From positions 224,001-288,000 of the forward strand of contig CAWJGT010000001.1 in the NCBI GenBank assembly GCA_963842525.1: a DNA stretch of 64,000 nt, in the 5' to 3' direction. Under the pieces are notes generated by a model. It searched no databases, was not told the DNA's origin, and saw only the letters and a program-made list of their open reading frames with translations. Shown here piece by piece: positions 61,987-64,000 of the stretch (positions within the stretch are counted from its first letter, which is position 1; every line of letters starts with the position of its first letter). The DNA is from an uncultured Holophagales bacterium (GTDB taxonomy: Bacteria; Acidobacteriota; Thermoanaerobaculia; Multivoradales; UBA5704). A program made the position numbers and the translations under genes.

Positions 61987-62000
61987 GCGCGGAGGTTCGT

Positions 62001-62480
62001 ATGAGCGCGATGAAACGGTTTTTCGACAGGGTCATGCTGCTCGACCTGTTCGCAGGCCTCGGGATCACCTTCAAGAACATGTTCAAGAAGAAGGTGACGG
62101 TGCAATACCCAGAGGAGCGCTGGGAGCCGGCGGACCGCTTCCGCGGCATGTTCCGCCTCGACGAGGACCGCTGCATCAAGTGCACCATCTGCGCCAAGGA
62201 CTGCCCGATCGACATCATCTACATCGACTGGCACCAGGAAGTGAACCCGGAGACGAACAAGAAGGAAAAGGTCCTGGACCGGTTCAACATCGACGTGCAG
62301 CGCTGCATGTTCTGCGGCCTGTGTGAAGAGGGGTGCCCCACCGAGCCGAAGTCGATCTGGATGACCACCAAGAACTACGAGCTCGCCTCCTACGACCGCT
62401 GGACGAACCTGTACGTGGAGATGGATGAGCTCCAGGAATGGAAGGTCCGCCCGGCCTACACGGACGAGGAGGTCGCCTGA
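62001..62480 (+). CDS. nuoI: NADH-quinone oxidoreductase subunit I
   Basis: TVQYPEE, CIKCTICAKDCP, CMFCGLCEEGCP. Confidence 0.95.
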   Translation: MSAMKRFFDRVMLLDLFAGLGITFKNMFKKKVTVQYPEERWEPADRFRGMFRLDEDRCIKCTICAKDCPIDIIYIDWHQEVNPETNKKEKVLDRFNIDVQRCMFCGLCEEGCPTEPKSIWMTTKNYELASYDRWTNLYVEMDELQEWKVRPAYTDEEVA

Positions 62481-63029
62481 GTGGACGCGCTCGTCGAGAA
62501 CGGCCCGGACATCCTCTTCTACGTCTTCGCGGCGCTGGCCGTGGTCTCCGCGGTCGGCGTGGTGACGATGCGCAATCCGATGTATGGCGCGATCTGCCTG
62601 CTGGTCACGTTCCTCGCGGTGGCGGTGCTCTTCCTGCTGCGCCACGCCGAGTTCGTGGCCATCGTCCAGATCTTCGTCTACGCCGGCGGCATCATGGTGC
62701 TGTTCTTGTTCGTCATCATGCTGATCAACCTGCACCGCCTGCCGGAGGTCAAGCTCTTCGGCGGTGCCACGCCGGTGGTGGTGGTCCTGGGGGTGATCCT
62801 GCTCGGCCTGTTCGGCTGGTTCTTCGTCCAGGCGCAGTTCGGCCCGGCATTCACCGAGCCGAAGACCTTCGTCACCGTGCTCGATCAGCAGCGTCAGCTT
62901 CAGGAGCTCGGCAACTCGCAGGCCGTGGCCTGGAGCCTGTACACGAAGAATCTCCTGCCGTTCGAGATCGCGTCGATCTTCCTGCTGATCGCGATGATCG
63001 GGGCGGTGGTGCTGGGCCGCAGGCAGTAA
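62481..63029 (+). CDS. nuoJ: NADH-quinone oxidoreductase subunit J
   Basis: QIFVYAGGIMVLFLFVIML, LLPFEIASIFLLIAMIGAVVL. Confidence 0.96.
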   Translation: MDALVENGPDILFYVFAALAVVSAVGVVTMRNPMYGAICLLVTFLAVAVLFLLRHAEFVAIVQIFVYAGGIMVLFLFVIMLINLHRLPEVKLFGGATPVVVVLGVILLGLFGWFFVQAQFGPAFTEPKTFVTVLDQQRQLQELGNSQAVAWSLYTKNLLPFEIASIFLLIAMIGAVVLGRRQ

Positions 63030-63073
63030 TTCTTGAAAGCTCCGCGACCGTAAGGTTTCGAGGAGAGGTGCGC

Positions 63074-63379
63074 ATGGAGATCACGACGAACCACTTTCTG
63101 CTGCTGAGCTTCGCGCTCTTCGCCATCGGCCTGGTCGGCATCGTCGCCCGCCGCAACATGATCACGGTGCTGATGTCGATCGAGCTGGTGCTCAACTCGG
63201 TCAACATCAACCTGATCGCCTTCTCCTACCAGTTCTCCGACTTGACGGGGCAGATCTTTGCGATCTTCACCATTACCGTGGCGGCCGGCGAGGCGGCGGT
63301 CGGCCTGGGCATCCTGATCGCCTTCTTCCGCCTGCGCGAGACGACCATCCTCGACCAGGCCATGGACCTCAAGGGGTAA
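63074..63379 (+). CDS. nuoK: NADH-quinone oxidoreductase subunit K
   Basis: RRNMITVLMSIELVLN, VAAGEAAVGLGI. Confidence 0.96.
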   Translation: MEITTNHFLLLSFALFAIGLVGIVARRNMITVLMSIELVLNSVNINLIAFSYQFSDLTGQIFAIFTITVAAGEAAVGLGILIAFFRLRETTILDQAMDLKG

Positions 63380-63386
63380 GCCGCAG

Positions 63387-64000
63387 ATGAAAGAATGGCT
63401 CTGGCTGATCCCCGTCCTGCCGTTCGCCGGCGCCCTCTTGAACGGCGTCCTGCTCAAGGGGCGCGTCAACAAGAAGGCCGTCGGCCTGATCGCCTGCGGC
63501 GTGGTCGGCCTCGCGGCCCTGCTGGCGATCCTGATCATCGCCGACTACATGACGGGCACTCCGGCAGGGCCGGACGGGCGCGAGCCGTTCGAGCGGGACT
63601 ACTACACCTGGATGCCGGCCGGCCCGATCACGACGACGCTCGACGGGGTCAAGGACTTCACGGTCAGCTTCGGCCTCCTGCTCGACCCGCTCTCCTGCGT
63701 GATGCTCTTCGTGGTCACCTTCGTGGGCTTCCTGATCCATGTCTACTCGGTCGGCTACATGGCCCACGAGGAGGGCTACCAGCGCTATTTCACCTATCTC
63801 AACCTGTTCATGGGCGCGATGCTGCTGCTGATCCTGGGCAACAACTACGCGGTCTCGTTCGTCGGTTGGGAAGGGGTGGGGCTCTGCTCGTACCTGTTGA
63901 TCGGCTTCTATTTCAAGGAAGAGTTTCCGCCCTACGCCGGACGCAAGGCCTTCCTGGTCAACCGCATCGGCGATTTCGCTTTCGTCCTCGGGGTGTTCGC
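63387..64000 (+). CDS. nuoL: NADH-quinone oxidoreductase subunit L, 3'-partial
   Basis: WLIPVLPFAG, LLDPLSCVM, IHVYSVGYM, FVGWEGVGLCSYLLIGF, KAFLVNRIGDF; runs off the window end. Confidence 0.96.
   Translation, partial: MKEWLWLIPVLPFAGALLNGVLLKGRVNKKAVGLIACGVVGLAALLAILIIADYMTGTPAGPDGREPFERDYYTWMPAGPITTTLDGVKDFTVSFGLLLDPLSCVMLFVVTFVGFLIHVYSVGYMAHEEGYQRYFTYLNLFMGAMLLLILGNNYAVSFVGWEGVGLCSYLLIGFYFKEEFPPYAGRKAFLVNRIGDFAFVLGVF

Overview
High-GC bacterial chromosomal window. Gene content (TPR-CHAT, zf-HC2/TPR family, VWA-like exported protein, stand-alone SWIB) suggests Acidobacteriota, probably Thermoanaerobaculia; this is inference. Many single-base frameshifts in housekeeping genes (pilB, ggt, pntA, waaC, hldA, swib) point to an unpolished long-read assembly. 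Core content: ctpA, tatA/tatC, a Kdo/lipid A cluster (kdsB-pyrG-kdsA-kdsD-kdsC-lpxL) bracketed by two Thr-type sulfatase-like genes, two TonB-dependent receptors with an ECF/FecR pair, ggt, pntA, terC, tmk-holB-dsbA, an aromatic amino-acid decarboxylase coupled to an iodotyrosine-deiodinase-like flavoprotein, pilB, heptose genes, and a complex I operon lacking nuoEFG (nuoABCDHIJK plus partial L). Four toxin-antitoxin loci, several deleted nuclease genes and several REP/MITE families are interspersed. Best candidates for undescribed systems: (1) a chorismate mutase-cmoA-ICMT-family operon, possibly a membrane carboxymethylation pathway using carboxy-SAM; (2) a secreted peptide with repeated RGxG(L/M)DPNG-like cores next to a zinc-finger/TPR protein and an XRE regulator; (3) a lipoprotein TPR-CHAT protease co-encoded with a small protein, an ECF sigma and a ZAS anti-sigma; (4) three sequence-unrelated arrays of ~20-21-bp palindromic units, two of them just past truncated genes. 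No rRNA, tRNA or CRISPR array was recognised.
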